A stretch of DNA of 64,000 nt from a bacterium (GCA_963675755.2 CAXXMD010000003.1:2944001-3008000), one strand, 5' to 3'. Positions 39,205 through 49,488 are shown, counted from the first letter of the stretch. The notes: a model not told the origin generated them from the letters alone. Made by a program: numbers and translations.

Positions 39205-40035
39205 ATGAAGGCAAAGCAATATATTATTTTACTCGTGATGATGCTGAGTTTTTTCAGTGTACTGTTTCTGAGTTCGTGTGCCGGTACTCGCCAGGAAGAC
39301 AGCAGCTTTGAGGATGAGTTGTTTGGTGAAGATGAATTGGAAGGTATTGACGATATGGTCCTGAGCGATTTAGACGCTTCTTCTGATGAAGATGAGGTTT
39401 TGCGTTTATTGGGAATATCTGAAGACAATAATGATAATTCCCAATCGTTTTCTCAGACGGAATACGCAGAAAGTACCAATGTTGCTACACGACCCAGCGG
39501 TAATCTTGAAGAACAAGTTAATTATCTGGAAGATGAGGCACAACGTAAAGATATCGAAATGTCAAACCTGAAAGCAGACATTGCTGAACGTGAACGTCGT
39601 ATCCAGGAACTGCAAAATCAACTGGCACAAAATGGTGGTACTTTGCCAAGTTCTGGTTCTGCAACCGGCAGTTTTAAAGGTCAATATGAACAAGCCTTGA
39701 ATAATTACCGTACAAGAAACTACCGTACTGCTATTCAGCAATTTGATGTCTTGTTGTCACAAAATGCAACCAATACTCTGGTTGACAATTGTCAGTATTG
39801 GAAGGGTGAATGTTATTACGCGCTTAGCGATTATAACCAGGCTATACTTGAATTCCAAAAAGTATTCATGTATGGAGAGTCCAACAAAATTGATGATGCA
39901 CAATTGAAACTGGGATTGTGTTATTTGAGATTGGGCGACAAGCAAAGATCAAGAACAGAATTTGAGAAACTAATCTCAAATTATCCTGACAGTGAATTTG
40001 TATCACGGGCACAAACTTATATGTCTCGTTTATAA
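39205..40035 (+). CDS. CpoB/YbgF-like TPR lipoprotein
   Basis: LSSC lipobox, acidic linker, coiled coil, Y..A...Y..AI..F, NCQYWKGE, DAQLKLG, YPDS. Confidence 0.8.
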   Translation: MKAKQYIILLVMMLSFFSVLFLSSCAGTRQEDSSFEDELFGEDELEGIDDMVLSDLDASSDEDEVLRLLGISEDNNDNSQSFSQTEYAESTNVATRPSGNLEEQVNYLEDEAQRKDIEMSNLKADIAERERRIQELQNQLAQNGGTLPSSGSATGSFKGQYEQALNNYRTRNYRTAIQQFDVLLSQNATNTLVDNCQYWKGECYYALSDYNQAILEFQKVFMYGESNKIDDAQLKLGLCYLRLGDKQRSRTEFEKLISNYPDSEFVSRAQTYMSRL

Positions 40036-40074
40036 AAAAAAATAATATATTTTTTATCATTAATCTGGAATTAC

Positions 40075-40102
40075 AAAAGGGTAACTTTGGTTACCCTTTT
40101 TT
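40075..40102 (+). terminator. Intrinsic terminator
   Basis: AAAAGGGTAAC-tttg-GTTACCCTTTTTT. Confidence 0.85.
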
Positions 40103-40199
40103 ATTGATTTTGTTACAAATTTTTTTAAATTAGTAGATGCGGAAGTGTTCCGTTTCTTGTTTTTGAATTTCCATTCATTGATAAACAATAGGTAATCTC

Positions 40200-41687
40200 A
40201 TGAAAAAACGGCTAAGAATATTATACTTGTCTTCTGAAGTAGCACCATTTGCTAAAACCGGTGGGCTTGCAGATGTTTCGAGCGCGTTACCCAAGGCACT
40301 ATTAGAAATGGGGCATGATATCCGTGTAATGATGCCAAAATACGGAACTATTAGTGATCGCCGTTATGTGTTAAGAGAAGTCATTCGATTGAAACAAATC
40401 AAAATTCAGATGGGAGAGACTGAACATATAGCTAGTGCAAAATCTGCATTTATACCTGATTCTAAAGTTCAGGTATACTTTATCGAGTATCCTCCATGCT
40501 ATAATCGTGATGATTTGTATGTGGACCCCAAAACAAATAAAGATTACCCCGACAATGCCGAACGTTTTGCATTATTTTGCAAATCTGTGCTAGAGACTAT
40601 AAAGCTGCTGCATTGGGAACCTCAAATTATACATTGTAATGACTGGCAAACTGCATTGATTCCCTGGTATTTAAAAAACGAATATAGCTCTGAATCTTTT
40701 GCGTCATCATGCCGTACTGTTTTGTCTATTCATAATATGGCGTATCAGGGCGGTTTTTCAATGGATGCTCTTGAGAAAATGGGCGAGTCTAAAATTACTG
40801 ATAGTGCATTAGAAGATATTAAATTTTTTGATGGTATAAATTTCCTCAAAGCCGGTATATTAACAGCTGATCGTATTACCACAGTTAGTCCGACTTATGC
40901 AAATGAAGTATTGACAGATCCTGAAATTGGCGCAGGTATGCAGGAATTTTTGGAAAAACGAAAAGACAGCTTTGAAGGAATTTTGAATGGTGTAGATTAT
41001 TCCGAGTGGGATCCTGAAAAAGATGCTACTTTGGAGCACATGTATACCAAAGACGATCTTGACGGCAAGTTAGAAAATAAAAAATTGTTACTTGAAAAAT
41101 GTGAATTTAAAGGTGATCCTGAAAAGCCACTCATTGGCATTGTGTCTCGTATTGCTGAGCAAAAAGGATTTGACCTTATTATTGATGCGGTAAAAGATAT
41201 TGTTGCAGCAGATGCAAGAATGGTAATTCTGGGTACCGGCGATGAGAAATATCAAAAGCAACTTTCAGATATTGCTTCAAAATATAAAAAGAATGTAGCA
41301 TTATTTCTGACGTTTGATAATGATTTGGCGCATTTGATTGAAGCAGGAAGTGATATATTCCTCATGCCGTCACGTTATGAACCCAGTGGTTTGAACCAGA
41401 TGTATAGTCTGAAATATGGCACCATTCCCGTTGTAAGGAAAACGGGTGGTTTGGCAGATAGTATTTTGGATTATCAGAGTGATCCTGATAAAGGTAACGG
41501 ATTTGTTTTCGAGTCTTATGATTCAGGGGAAATGGTAAAAGCGATCAAGAGCGCCCTGGACGTGTATAAAGACCAAAAGAAATGGAAAGATTTGATGGTA
41601 CGTGCAATGAGTGCTGATTTCTCATGGCAGGTAGCAGCTGATAAATATATGAATTCGTATTCTCAGATAATTCAAACCAAAAAATAA
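40200..41687 (+). CDS. glgA: Glycogen synthase (GT5)
   Basis: SEVAPFAKTGGLADV, HCNDWQT, IHN.AYQG, QKG, MPSRYEP.GL.Q, TGGLAD. Confidence 0.94.
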   Translation: MKKRLRILYLSSEVAPFAKTGGLADVSSALPKALLEMGHDIRVMMPKYGTISDRRYVLREVIRLKQIKIQMGETEHIASAKSAFIPDSKVQVYFIEYPPCYNRDDLYVDPKTNKDYPDNAERFALFCKSVLETIKLLHWEPQIIHCNDWQTALIPWYLKNEYSSESFASSCRTVLSIHNMAYQGGFSMDALEKMGESKITDSALEDIKFFDGINFLKAGILTADRITTVSPTYANEVLTDPEIGAGMQEFLEKRKDSFEGILNGVDYSEWDPEKDATLEHMYTKDDLDGKLENKKLLLEKCEFKGDPEKPLIGIVSRIAEQKGFDLIIDAVKDIVAADARMVILGTGDEKYQKQLSDIASKYKKNVALFLTFDNDLAHLIEAGSDIFLMPSRYEPSGLNQMYSLKYGTIPVVRKTGGLADSILDYQSDPDKGNGFVFESYDSGEMVKAIKSALDVYKDQKKWKDLMVRAMSADFSWQVAADKYMNSYSQIIQTKK

Positions 41688-41908
41688 TATAAATGAGCCG
41701 TTCCTATGACGATTTTTCGTCTGTCTGTTATTGTTACAACTTGGGACACCTTGTTTCGAGCTTTAACAAAGATTTCGATGTGGAGCGGCATTTTTATGCC
41801 TAAAGAATTTTTGACAATTTTTAGTTGTTCTAGTAGGACATAAGTTCATTATAAACAATGTGATTTTTGTGTAAAAACAATACAAACATATTGTAATATT
41901 GTACGTTA

Positions 41909-41925
41909 TTGGCACCAACTTTGCA
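41909..41925 (+). promoter_or_regulatory. Sigma54 (-24/-12) promoter of the STAS-EPS operon
   Basis: TTGGCAC-CAACT-TTGCA matches the TGGCAC-N5-TTGC consensus, 48 bp upstream of ATG 41974. Confidence 0.8.
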
Positions 41926-41973
41926 AAATTAAAGCAAGTTTGGAATGTTAAGAGAATAATTTAAAGGTTTTGC

Positions 41974-42675
41974 ATGGAAGGCATTGAAAAAAGTGTACAT
42001 AAAATTGGTGCGTTAAAAGATATTACACTTTTGCGTGTTAAAGGGTATATTGACACAACCACATCACCTGACTTGCAAAAAGCCATTGCAGAAGAGATGA
42101 GCCGTGGCAGCAATCAGTTTATTGTTGATTTGGGTGGAGTGCACTATGTCAGCAGCGCCGGTTGGGGGGTTTTTGTTGGTGAAATACGGGGATTACGCGA
42201 GAGCGGTGGAGATTTAAAAATCACCCAGATGACTCCCGATGTATATGAAGTATTTGAAATGCTCGAGTTTAACCGCATTCTTACCAGTTATGATTCTCTG
42301 GAAGAGGCAATTGATGATTTTGATTTCTGTAGAGGTATTTCAATAAACGCTTCTTTTAATGGTGCTCAGGACCAGGCAGAAGAAGCCATGGTTGAAGAGT
42401 ATCAACCCAAGGCAGAAATGAACACCGTAAATAAAAAGGTGCCCTCGTTTGCCAAACGCCAGCAGGAAGTGAATGATGCGGAACTTCCCGTTTCTGAAAA
42501 GATTAAAAAAATCATTGTTGATGACCCTATGATTGGATTCTGGGGTATTAAAAAACAACTGTATTCAGATCGGTTTGGATTTACCAAAATTGGTGCTTTT
42601 AAACTCAAAAGTATGCTAAAACGAATGGGACTGCAAAATAAATCGAAACGTTATCGTTATTACCGTTCCAGATAA
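41974..42675 (+). CDS. STAS anti-sigma-factor antagonist fused to a C-terminal HTH-like domain
   Basis: GYIDT, VDL..V.YVSSAGWGVF, GGDLKI, VFEMLEF, followed by a basic helical C-terminal domain. Confidence 0.85.
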   Translation: MEGIEKSVHKIGALKDITLLRVKGYIDTTTSPDLQKAIAEEMSRGSNQFIVDLGGVHYVSSAGWGVFVGEIRGLRESGGDLKITQMTPDVYEVFEMLEFNRILTSYDSLEEAIDDFDFCRGISINASFNGAQDQAEEAMVEEYQPKAEMNTVNKKVPSFAKRQQEVNDAELPVSEKIKKIIVDDPMIGFWGIKKQLYSDRFGFTKIGAFKLKSMLKRMGLQNKSKRYRYYRSR

Positions 42676-42703
42676 ATTTAGGTATTCAACAAATGGTGGA
42701 GAA

Positions 42704-43450
42704 ATGACAACAGTGTTAAAAAAAATTATTCCTGTTTTGTTCACGGTTTTCTTTTTGTCAACGACTTTACACGCCCAGGAAGCTGAATTAGAACCTTTTA
42801 CCGGGCCGGACACTGATACAGAAGTGCAAATTGATCCTGAAGTACGGTTTAATATTGATAATTATATTCTGGGTCCTGGTGATGCTATACATTTATATGT
42901 ATATGACCGTGGAGCGGCTCCATCAAGAGATCAGTTTATTTCAAATTTTCATGACAAGATTTTTGTTATAAACGGTTTCGGAGAAGTAGATTTTTTTACA
43001 CTGGGTAAATTAAAGATTGCAGATTTGAGCAATGCTGAAATTACTTCACTGATGAATGAAACATTAAAACCCTATGTGCATGAACCTATGATCATCGTTC
43101 GTCCGTTAATTCGTATAACAATGCGTGGTGAGTTTTCACATCCGGGTATGTATCGTTTTAGTCTGGATACAACAATTTGGGATATGATCCGTAAGACCGG
43201 TGGCCTTGTAGGTGGGCTGGATGGTGTATCAGCTCTTGAAAATATGTTCATCTTGCGTAAAGACGAAATTATTTTCAAAGATTTTATTGACGCTGTTTAC
43301 AATGGAACTTCGATATATGAATTGGGTGTACAATCAGGAGATGAAATTGTTGTTCCACGTTCTAACAGGCCAACATTTAGAAGTATGCTTCAATATTTTC
43401 AATTTGGAATGAATTTGATCGTATTGTACTTGTCACTCATCAATCAATAA
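42704..43450 (+). CDS. Polysaccharide export protein (Wza/OPX-like, SLBB domain)
   Basis: YILGPGD, G.V....LG.L, GEFSHPG.Y, QSGDEIVVPR, C-terminal amphipathic helix. Confidence 0.82.
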   Translation: MTTVLKKIIPVLFTVFFLSTTLHAQEAELEPFTGPDTDTEVQIDPEVRFNIDNYILGPGDAIHLYVYDRGAAPSRDQFISNFHDKIFVINGFGEVDFFTLGKLKIADLSNAEITSLMNETLKPYVHEPMIIVRPLIRITMRGEFSHPGMYRFSLDTTIWDMIRKTGGLVGGLDGVSALENMFILRKDEIIFKDFIDAVYNGTSIYELGVQSGDEIVVPRSNRPTFRSMLQYFQFGMNLIVLYLSLINQ

Positions 43451-43468
43451 TAGAATATAGAAATTATT

Positions 43469-45787
43469 ATGGAAGAATTTGATAATATACAACCGCATGT
43501 AGACCAGGAAGATGGGTCTCAAATTGATTTTCAGAAATACCTCAAAGGTATCTGGAAACGAAAAATTTTGATTATTTTATTGACTATTGCAGTTTCTATT
43601 CCTTTTTATTGGAACGCTCTGAATCAGGTCCCAATTTATAGGGCACGTGTTTTACTGCAGGTACGTGATTTAGAGATGAATGACGGTCCTTTTTGGAATG
43701 ATGAACGGTTGGGTGAAGTGAATAGCCGTGCTTTTAGAATCCGGCTGGCTTCACGTTTAGGTATGGCAATTGTTCTGGAAGACAAGTCAATAAAAAATTA
43801 TGATAAAGTTTTTAATCAATATTCAACAACCAATTCACCCCAAATGGGTAGATATGAAATTGCTATAAATGAAGCAGGTGCTTATAATCTGGTTTTTCAG
43901 GACTCTTTGGGAACCAGTATTGTGGATAGTGCAAATGTTTGGGACCTGGTAGCCGCGCCACGATCTGTGAATGGCATTACCTTTCAGTTGCAGCCCGATG
44001 TTGTTGAACTTCCAAAATCCATTCGATTCAAAGTGATCGGTATGGATATGGCAGTTCGAGATTTGGCAAGGGGACTCAAGGTAGCTACATATAAAAAAGG
44101 TACCATTATGCAGCTCCAAATGGAAGGTAGTGATCCTGAAGCATTGCCTTACAAATTGAACCGGATAGCAGCTGGATACGTGGAAGAGAGTTTACGCCTG
44201 AAATCCAGAGGTGTAAATACAAAGCAGGATGTTTATGAGAAACAGCTTGCTGCTGCCGAAGCAAAAGTGAATCAAATTGAGGCGCAATTACGAAGTTTTA
44301 CTTCCAAGTACCCCTTTTCGCTTGATCGTGAAGAACAGCGCTTATTAGACAAGCTAACCGAATACGACCGTGCTGTTGATGAATTGCCGCGTATTCGTAC
44401 CCAATTGTCTGATTATCTTGATCGTTTGAATAAATCAGACCAGGAACCAGACCCTGAGCAATATCGTCGTTTTGTTATTAATGAAATTTTAAATAATGAG
44501 ATATTTGCCAATGAAACCAAAATGGCGTTACTGCGTCAACAATTGCAAACCGAGCAAAGTCAATATGCACGTCTTCTGGATCAGTATTCTCCCAGTCACC
44601 CCGAAATTGCAGACATTAAAGAAAAAATAACTGATACTCAGGAAGAAATTATAGAATTTACTTCCAACTATCGTAATACTTTGGCAAAACGTGAATCAAG
44701 ATATAGAACAGAACGTGAAGCAATTCAGGCACAATTACAATCACTGCCGGCTGATCGTTATCGTTATATGGAGCTTGAGCGTAAAAAGAAAATCAATGAA
44801 GAACTTTATTCCTATCTGTTTCAGGAACTGCAGAAAATTGATATTTCAAACGCTGTTGAAGAAAGCGAAATTCAAATTCTTGATCCGGCTATCAAGCCCA
44901 CTAGACCTATTAATCCCAGTAAAATGTCACGCGTTTTGTTGGGTGGCGGTTTAGGTATGCTTTTGGGAATCATCTTGTCTATACTTTTAGAAGTATTGGA
45001 TAACAAGATCCGTACATTTAACGATGTGGAAAGACAACTCCGATTGCCAGTTTTGGGAGCGATACCCATTGTCAAATTTAAAGATATTGATGATTTTGAA
45101 GATTTTGAAAAGGCCAAACAAATTGACCGTCAGCTGGTGACGCACGATTATTCTCCAACACCTATTGGAGAGTCTTATCGGGCATTGCGTACCCATTTAA
45201 TGTTTTCAAAACAAACTGGCAGAATCCACACACTCTTGATTACCAGTATCAGCCCTGAAGAAGGCAAATCATTTACAGCCAGCAACCTTGCAATTATTCT
45301 GGCTCAACAGCGTACCAATACACTGTTAGTTGATGCTGATTTACGCCGAGGCGTATTGCACAATACTTTTGGAATGAACAAGGAACCTGGCTTTACAAAT
45401 TATTTGAACAATCGTGTTGCATTGTCCAGTGTTGTACAACAAACCCATGTTCCGAATCTGTCGATCATCAGTTGTGGATCCATGATCCCTAACCCTTCAG
45501 AATTGTTGGGATCACCGCAAATGAAACGCTTTCTGGATGAAGCAAGACGTAAATTTGACTTTATTTTATTTGACGCACCGCCATTAGAAGCCGCTACAGA
45601 TGGTGTTGTAATAGGCACCCAGGTAGACGCTGTTGCCGTAGTTGTTAAATCCGGCCAGACCAACCGTAAAGTGGCGCAGGAAAAACTTGAAGTCTTTAAT
45701 AATGTAAATGTGAACGTTATAGGAGTCGTGCTGAACGGAACAGAAAACGCATTGGTGAACGATACATATAGCTATTATCATTATTAA
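43469..45787 (+). CDS. wzc: Polysaccharide co-polymerase / tyrosine autokinase (Wzc-like)
   Basis: Two TMs flanking a coiled-coil periplasmic region, ESYRALRT, SPEEGKS, DADLRR, PNPSELL, C-terminal YSYYHY. Confidence 0.92.
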   Translation: MEEFDNIQPHVDQEDGSQIDFQKYLKGIWKRKILIILLTIAVSIPFYWNALNQVPIYRARVLLQVRDLEMNDGPFWNDERLGEVNSRAFRIRLASRLGMAIVLEDKSIKNYDKVFNQYSTTNSPQMGRYEIAINEAGAYNLVFQDSLGTSIVDSANVWDLVAAPRSVNGITFQLQPDVVELPKSIRFKVIGMDMAVRDLARGLKVATYKKGTIMQLQMEGSDPEALPYKLNRIAAGYVEESLRLKSRGVNTKQDVYEKQLAAAEAKVNQIEAQLRSFTSKYPFSLDREEQRLLDKLTEYDRAVDELPRIRTQLSDYLDRLNKSDQEPDPEQYRRFVINEILNNEIFANETKMALLRQQLQTEQSQYARLLDQYSPSHPEIADIKEKITDTQEEIIEFTSNYRNTLAKRESRYRTEREAIQAQLQSLPADRYRYMELERKKKINEELYSYLFQELQKIDISNAVEESEIQILDPAIKPTRPINPSKMSRVLLGGGLGMLLGIILSILLEVLDNKIRTFNDVERQLRLPVLGAIPIVKFKDIDDFEDFEKAKQIDRQLVTHDYSPTPIGESYRALRTHLMFSKQTGRIHTLLITSISPEEGKSFTASNLAIILAQQRTNTLLVDADLRRGVLHNTFGMNKEPGFTNYLNNRVALSSVVQQTHVPNLSIISCGSMIPNPSELLGSPQMKRFLDEARRKFDFILFDAPPLEAATDGVVIGTQVDAVAVVVKSGQTNRKVAQEKLEVFNNVNVNVIGVVLNGTENALVNDTYSYYHY

Positions 45788-45808
45788 ATTTTCAATAAAG
45801 GAACACAA

Positions 45809-46756
45809 ATGAAGGTTTTGGTTACCGGAGGGGCTGGGTTTATTGGTTCTCATCTTGTTGAAAAGTTAATTGCCAATAATCATCAAATCGTATGTCTGGA
45901 CAGTTTTAACGATTATTATGATCCTTCCATAAAACGAAATAATATAAAAACTGCTTTAGAAAGCAGCTCGTATCAGCTTGTTGAAGGTGAAATTCTTGAC
46001 AATGAGCTGTTAACCCAATTATTTAATCAGCACTCGTTCGATATAATTGTCCATCTTGCCGCACGCGCTGGTGTTCGTCCTTCAATCCAGGAGCCCTTGC
46101 TCTATGAAAGAGTAAATGTACAGGGTACCATGAATTTACTGGAACAGTGCAGAATTCACGATGTTAAAAAATTTGTTTTTGCATCATCTTCATCGGTTTA
46201 CGGTGCAAATGAAAAAGTACCTTTTTCCGAAAGCGACAGTGTAGACAATCCCGTATCTCCTTATGCTGCCACCAAAAAGGCGGGTGAGTTGGTTTGCTAT
46301 ACCTACCATCACTTGTACAATATATCTGTCAATTGTTTAAGATTCTTTACCGTTTATGGACCAAGACAACGTCCCGATATGGCTATTCACAAATTTGCAA
46401 AATTGATTCATGAGGGCAAAACCATTCCTGTTTTTGCACATGGTAAAAGCAAACGTGATTACACCTATATTCAGGATATTATTCAAGGTATAACCGGTGC
46501 CATGGAAAATTGTAATGGATACGGAATTTATAATTTAGGTGAGTCTAATACTGTTGAATTGATGTACCTGATCGAATTAATTCAGGATAATTTGGGGGTA
46601 AAAGCAAATTTAGAGTTTATGCCGGCACAGCCCGGAGACGTACCCATCACCTATGCAGATATCAGCAAGGCCAAAAGGGAATTGGATTATAAACCCAGTG
46701 TCCAGATTGAGGAGGGGATAGAGCTGTTTGTGCGGTGGTTTAAAGAGGTTTACTAG
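45809..46756 (+). CDS. NAD-dependent epimerase (UDP-glucuronate 4-epimerase-like)
   Basis: TGGAGFIGSH, HLAARAGVRPS, ASSSSVYG, YAATKK, RFFTVYGPRQRPDMA. Confidence 0.9.
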   Translation: MKVLVTGGAGFIGSHLVEKLIANNHQIVCLDSFNDYYDPSIKRNNIKTALESSSYQLVEGEILDNELLTQLFNQHSFDIIVHLAARAGVRPSIQEPLLYERVNVQGTMNLLEQCRIHDVKKFVFASSSSVYGANEKVPFSESDSVDNPVSPYAATKKAGELVCYTYHHLYNISVNCLRFFTVYGPRQRPDMAIHKFAKLIHEGKTIPVFAHGKSKRDYTYIQDIIQGITGAMENCNGYGIYNLGESNTVELMYLIELIQDNLGVKANLEFMPAQPGDVPITYADISKAKRELDYKPSVQIEEGIELFVRWFKEVY

Positions 46757-46782
46757 GCATTTAATATTTTTGGGCAAGTTGT

Positions 46783-48240
46783 ATGGTCTCTGAAAAGGAA
46801 AGATTTCTCGGAAATGTAATGAAGGTCTTGGATTTTTTTGTCCTTCTTTTAGCTTTCCCCATAGCATATTTTCTGGATGAATACATCCGTGATATTGCTA
46901 ATCTGAGCATTAAAGCTTATGCGGATAGTGCTACATGGACCGGATTTTTAAATTACGCCGAGAATTATTGGATGATGTTTCTCGGCTTTCCTTTGATTTG
47001 GGTTATCATTCTATCCATTTATGGTTTATATCAAGGCTACAGGACCCGATCATTTGCAAGAATGATGGGGCTTGTCGTTATATCCGGTTTGTGGGCCACC
47101 CTGGCTTCAGGTAACTTTGTATTTTTAATGAAGCTTGAAATGACCAGTCGTCTGTTCTTTGGTGTCTATGCAATTACAGCTTATATATTGATTCTGCTTG
47201 ACAAGCTAGCTATCATAAAAATTCTTGATAATGCGCATTCCAAAGGATATAATCAGGAAAATCTGCTGATTGTAGGAACCGGACAGCGGGCATTGGAATT
47301 TATTGAAGCTGTTCAACAGCATTCCACATGGGGACTCCATATAGTCGGGCTGATTGATGATGACCATGAACTTTATGGAAAAGAAATTAATGGTTACCGT
47401 GTCATTGGCAAGATCAAAGATATTCCGTTCATTATTAATCAAATTGTTATTGACAGAGTGATCTTTGTGGTCCCCCGTCACTGGCTGCCTTTAATTGAGG
47501 AAGCAATTCTTGCCTGTGAAGAAGTAGGTATTAATACTTCGTTATCTCTGGATTTTTATAATTTAAACTTTGCCCGTACCAAGCAGTCAGACTTTAATGG
47601 ATTCCCGCTGGTAGAGTTTCAGACATTTCAGGCAAAAGAATGGCAGTTGTTTATAAAACGCATGATTGATATATTTGTATCTGCAACTGTTTTAACTATC
47701 ATGTCGCCGATTTTACTGCTCATTGCATTACTTATAAAATTGACATCACCCGGACCAGTGTTTTTCAAACAGGAGCGAAGCGGTTTAAAAGGCCGCAAGT
47801 TTACCTTGTACAAGTTCCGGTCTATGGTAGTGAATGCTGAAGAGATTAAAGAAGAACTGATGGACCAGAATGAAATGGATGGTCCGGTATTTAAAATTAA
47901 AAAAGATCCCCGAATTACCCTTGTTGGAGCATTCATTCGTAAAACCAGTCTGGATGAATATCCGCAATTGTTGAATGTTTTGAAAGGGGATATGAGTATT
48001 GTGGGGCCGCGTCCCCCAATTCCCAGTGAAGTTGATAATTACCAGATTTGGCAGCGAAGGCGTTTGAGCTTAAAACCCGGTATTACCTGTATATGGCAGG
48101 TAAGCGGTAGAAATAAACTTTCTTTTGACCAATGGATGCAAATGGATCTGGAGTATATCGATAGTTGGTCTTTACTGCTTGATATGAAAATACTATTTCG
48201 TACATTTTTTGTAGTATTGAGCGGGTATGGCGCGGAATGA
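46783..48240 (+). CDS. Undecaprenyl-phosphate sugar phosphotransferase (WcaJ-like priming transferase)
   Basis: KRMIDI, KFRSM, DPRIT.VG.FIRKTSLDE.PQ, GDMS.VGPRP, KPGIT..WQV.GR. Confidence 0.93.
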   Translation: MVSEKERFLGNVMKVLDFFVLLLAFPIAYFLDEYIRDIANLSIKAYADSATWTGFLNYAENYWMMFLGFPLIWVIILSIYGLYQGYRTRSFARMMGLVVISGLWATLASGNFVFLMKLEMTSRLFFGVYAITAYILILLDKLAIIKILDNAHSKGYNQENLLIVGTGQRALEFIEAVQQHSTWGLHIVGLIDDDHELYGKEINGYRVIGKIKDIPFIINQIVIDRVIFVVPRHWLPLIEEAILACEEVGINTSLSLDFYNLNFARTKQSDFNGFPLVEFQTFQAKEWQLFIKRMIDIFVSATVLTIMSPILLLIALLIKLTSPGPVFFKQERSGLKGRKFTLYKFRSMVVNAEEIKEELMDQNEMDGPVFKIKKDPRITLVGAFIRKTSLDEYPQLLNVLKGDMSIVGPRPPIPSEVDNYQIWQRRRLSLKPGITCIWQVSGRNKLSFDQWMQMDLEYIDSWSLLLDMKILFRTFFVVLSGYGAE

Positions 48241-48270
48241 TCATACAGAGATTTTGAAAGTATAATACGA

Positions 48271-49488
48271 ATGACAACTCAAATTAAAGATAATAATCCC
48301 AAAAAACTCAAAATATTAATGCTGGCGCCACAACCCTGGTTCCAGCCCAGAGGCACGCCTTTTAGTGTGTTACACCGAATTAAAGCGCTTTCTACACTGG
48401 GACATGAGGTCGACCTGTTGACTTATCATATCGGTCAGGATATTCCTATAGACGGTTTGACAATTCATCGTTCCACCCGGATCCCTTTTGTAAAAAAAAT
48501 CAAGGTTGGGCCATCAAAAACCAAATTGTTTCTTGATGTGTTTATGGTGTTTCATACATTGCGTTTGTTGATCAAAAATAAATATGATCTGGTGCACACA
48601 CATGAAGAAGCCAGCTTTTGGGGCGCTCTTTTTGCAAAAATTTTCAAAGTTCCTCATTTGTACGATATGCACTCATCTTTGCCGCAACAGTTGATTAATT
48701 TTAAATTTACCAGTTTTAAACCCATTCTCAGCGTGTTTGACTGGCTGGAAAGATATACCATTCGTAATGCAAAATCAGTCATAACGATTTGTCCAGAATT
48801 GCAATATTATGTTGAAGAACATTTTCCCGAAAAGCCCAGCCTTTTGATTGAAAATGTTGCGGATAACAGTTTAGTTTTTCCTCCCGATATGCAGATCAAG
48901 GAAGAATTACGAGAAAAGTATGGATTAAAAGATAAACGCATTGTTCTTTATTATGGTACTTTTGAGCCCTATCAGGGACTTGACCTTTTTGTCAAAAGTG
49001 CAAAGCATGTTATTGATGTTATGGGAAGCGATGTCCGTTTTGTTCTGGTAGGAGGCAACGAAGAGCAAAACAAAAAGTATAAAGATCTTGCTGAAAGTTT
49101 GGGCTTGACTCCCTGGTTTGTTTTTACCGGATTTGTGCAACCCCAGGTTATACCCGCATTTGTGGATATAGCAGAAGTGCTGGTTTCACCAAGGTTAAAA
49201 GGCAACAATTCACCTTTAAAGATCTATTCTTATCTTCGTTCCGGTAAACCCATTGTAGCAACGCGGCATATAACACATACACAAATTCTCGATGATTCGG
49301 TTTCTGTGCTTACAGAAACCGATCCCGAAAGTTTTGCCAAAGGTATTGTAGATATTATGAATGATGCGGACCGCAAGGCTGCAATGGTAGAGTTGGCAAA
49401 AAAACTGGCAGATGAAAAATACAGTTACCAGGATTATTTAAGCAAAACTGATAAAGTTATAAATTTGGCCCTGAATGGCACATATTGA
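48271..49488 (+). CDS. Glycosyltransferase family 4
   Basis: APQPWFQPRGTP, YDMHS, G.FE.YQG.D, PLKIYSY..SGKPIVAT. Confidence 0.88.
   Translation: MTTQIKDNNPKKLKILMLAPQPWFQPRGTPFSVLHRIKALSTLGHEVDLLTYHIGQDIPIDGLTIHRSTRIPFVKKIKVGPSKTKLFLDVFMVFHTLRLLIKNKYDLVHTHEEASFWGALFAKIFKVPHLYDMHSSLPQQLINFKFTSFKPILSVFDWLERYTIRNAKSVITICPELQYYVEEHFPEKPSLLIENVADNSLVFPPDMQIKEELREKYGLKDKRIVLYYGTFEPYQGLDLFVKSAKHVIDVMGSDVRFVLVGGNEEQNKKYKDLAESLGLTPWFVFTGFVQPQVIPAFVDIAEVLVSPRLKGNNSPLKIYSYLRSGKPIVATRHITHTQILDDSVSVLTETDPESFAKGIVDIMNDADRKAAMVELAKKLADEKYSYQDYLSKTDKVINLALNGTY

Noticed and set aside
42480-42675. IS element remnant
   Set aside because: The HTH-like segment is fused in frame to STAS, with no catalytic domain, inverted repeats or target duplication.
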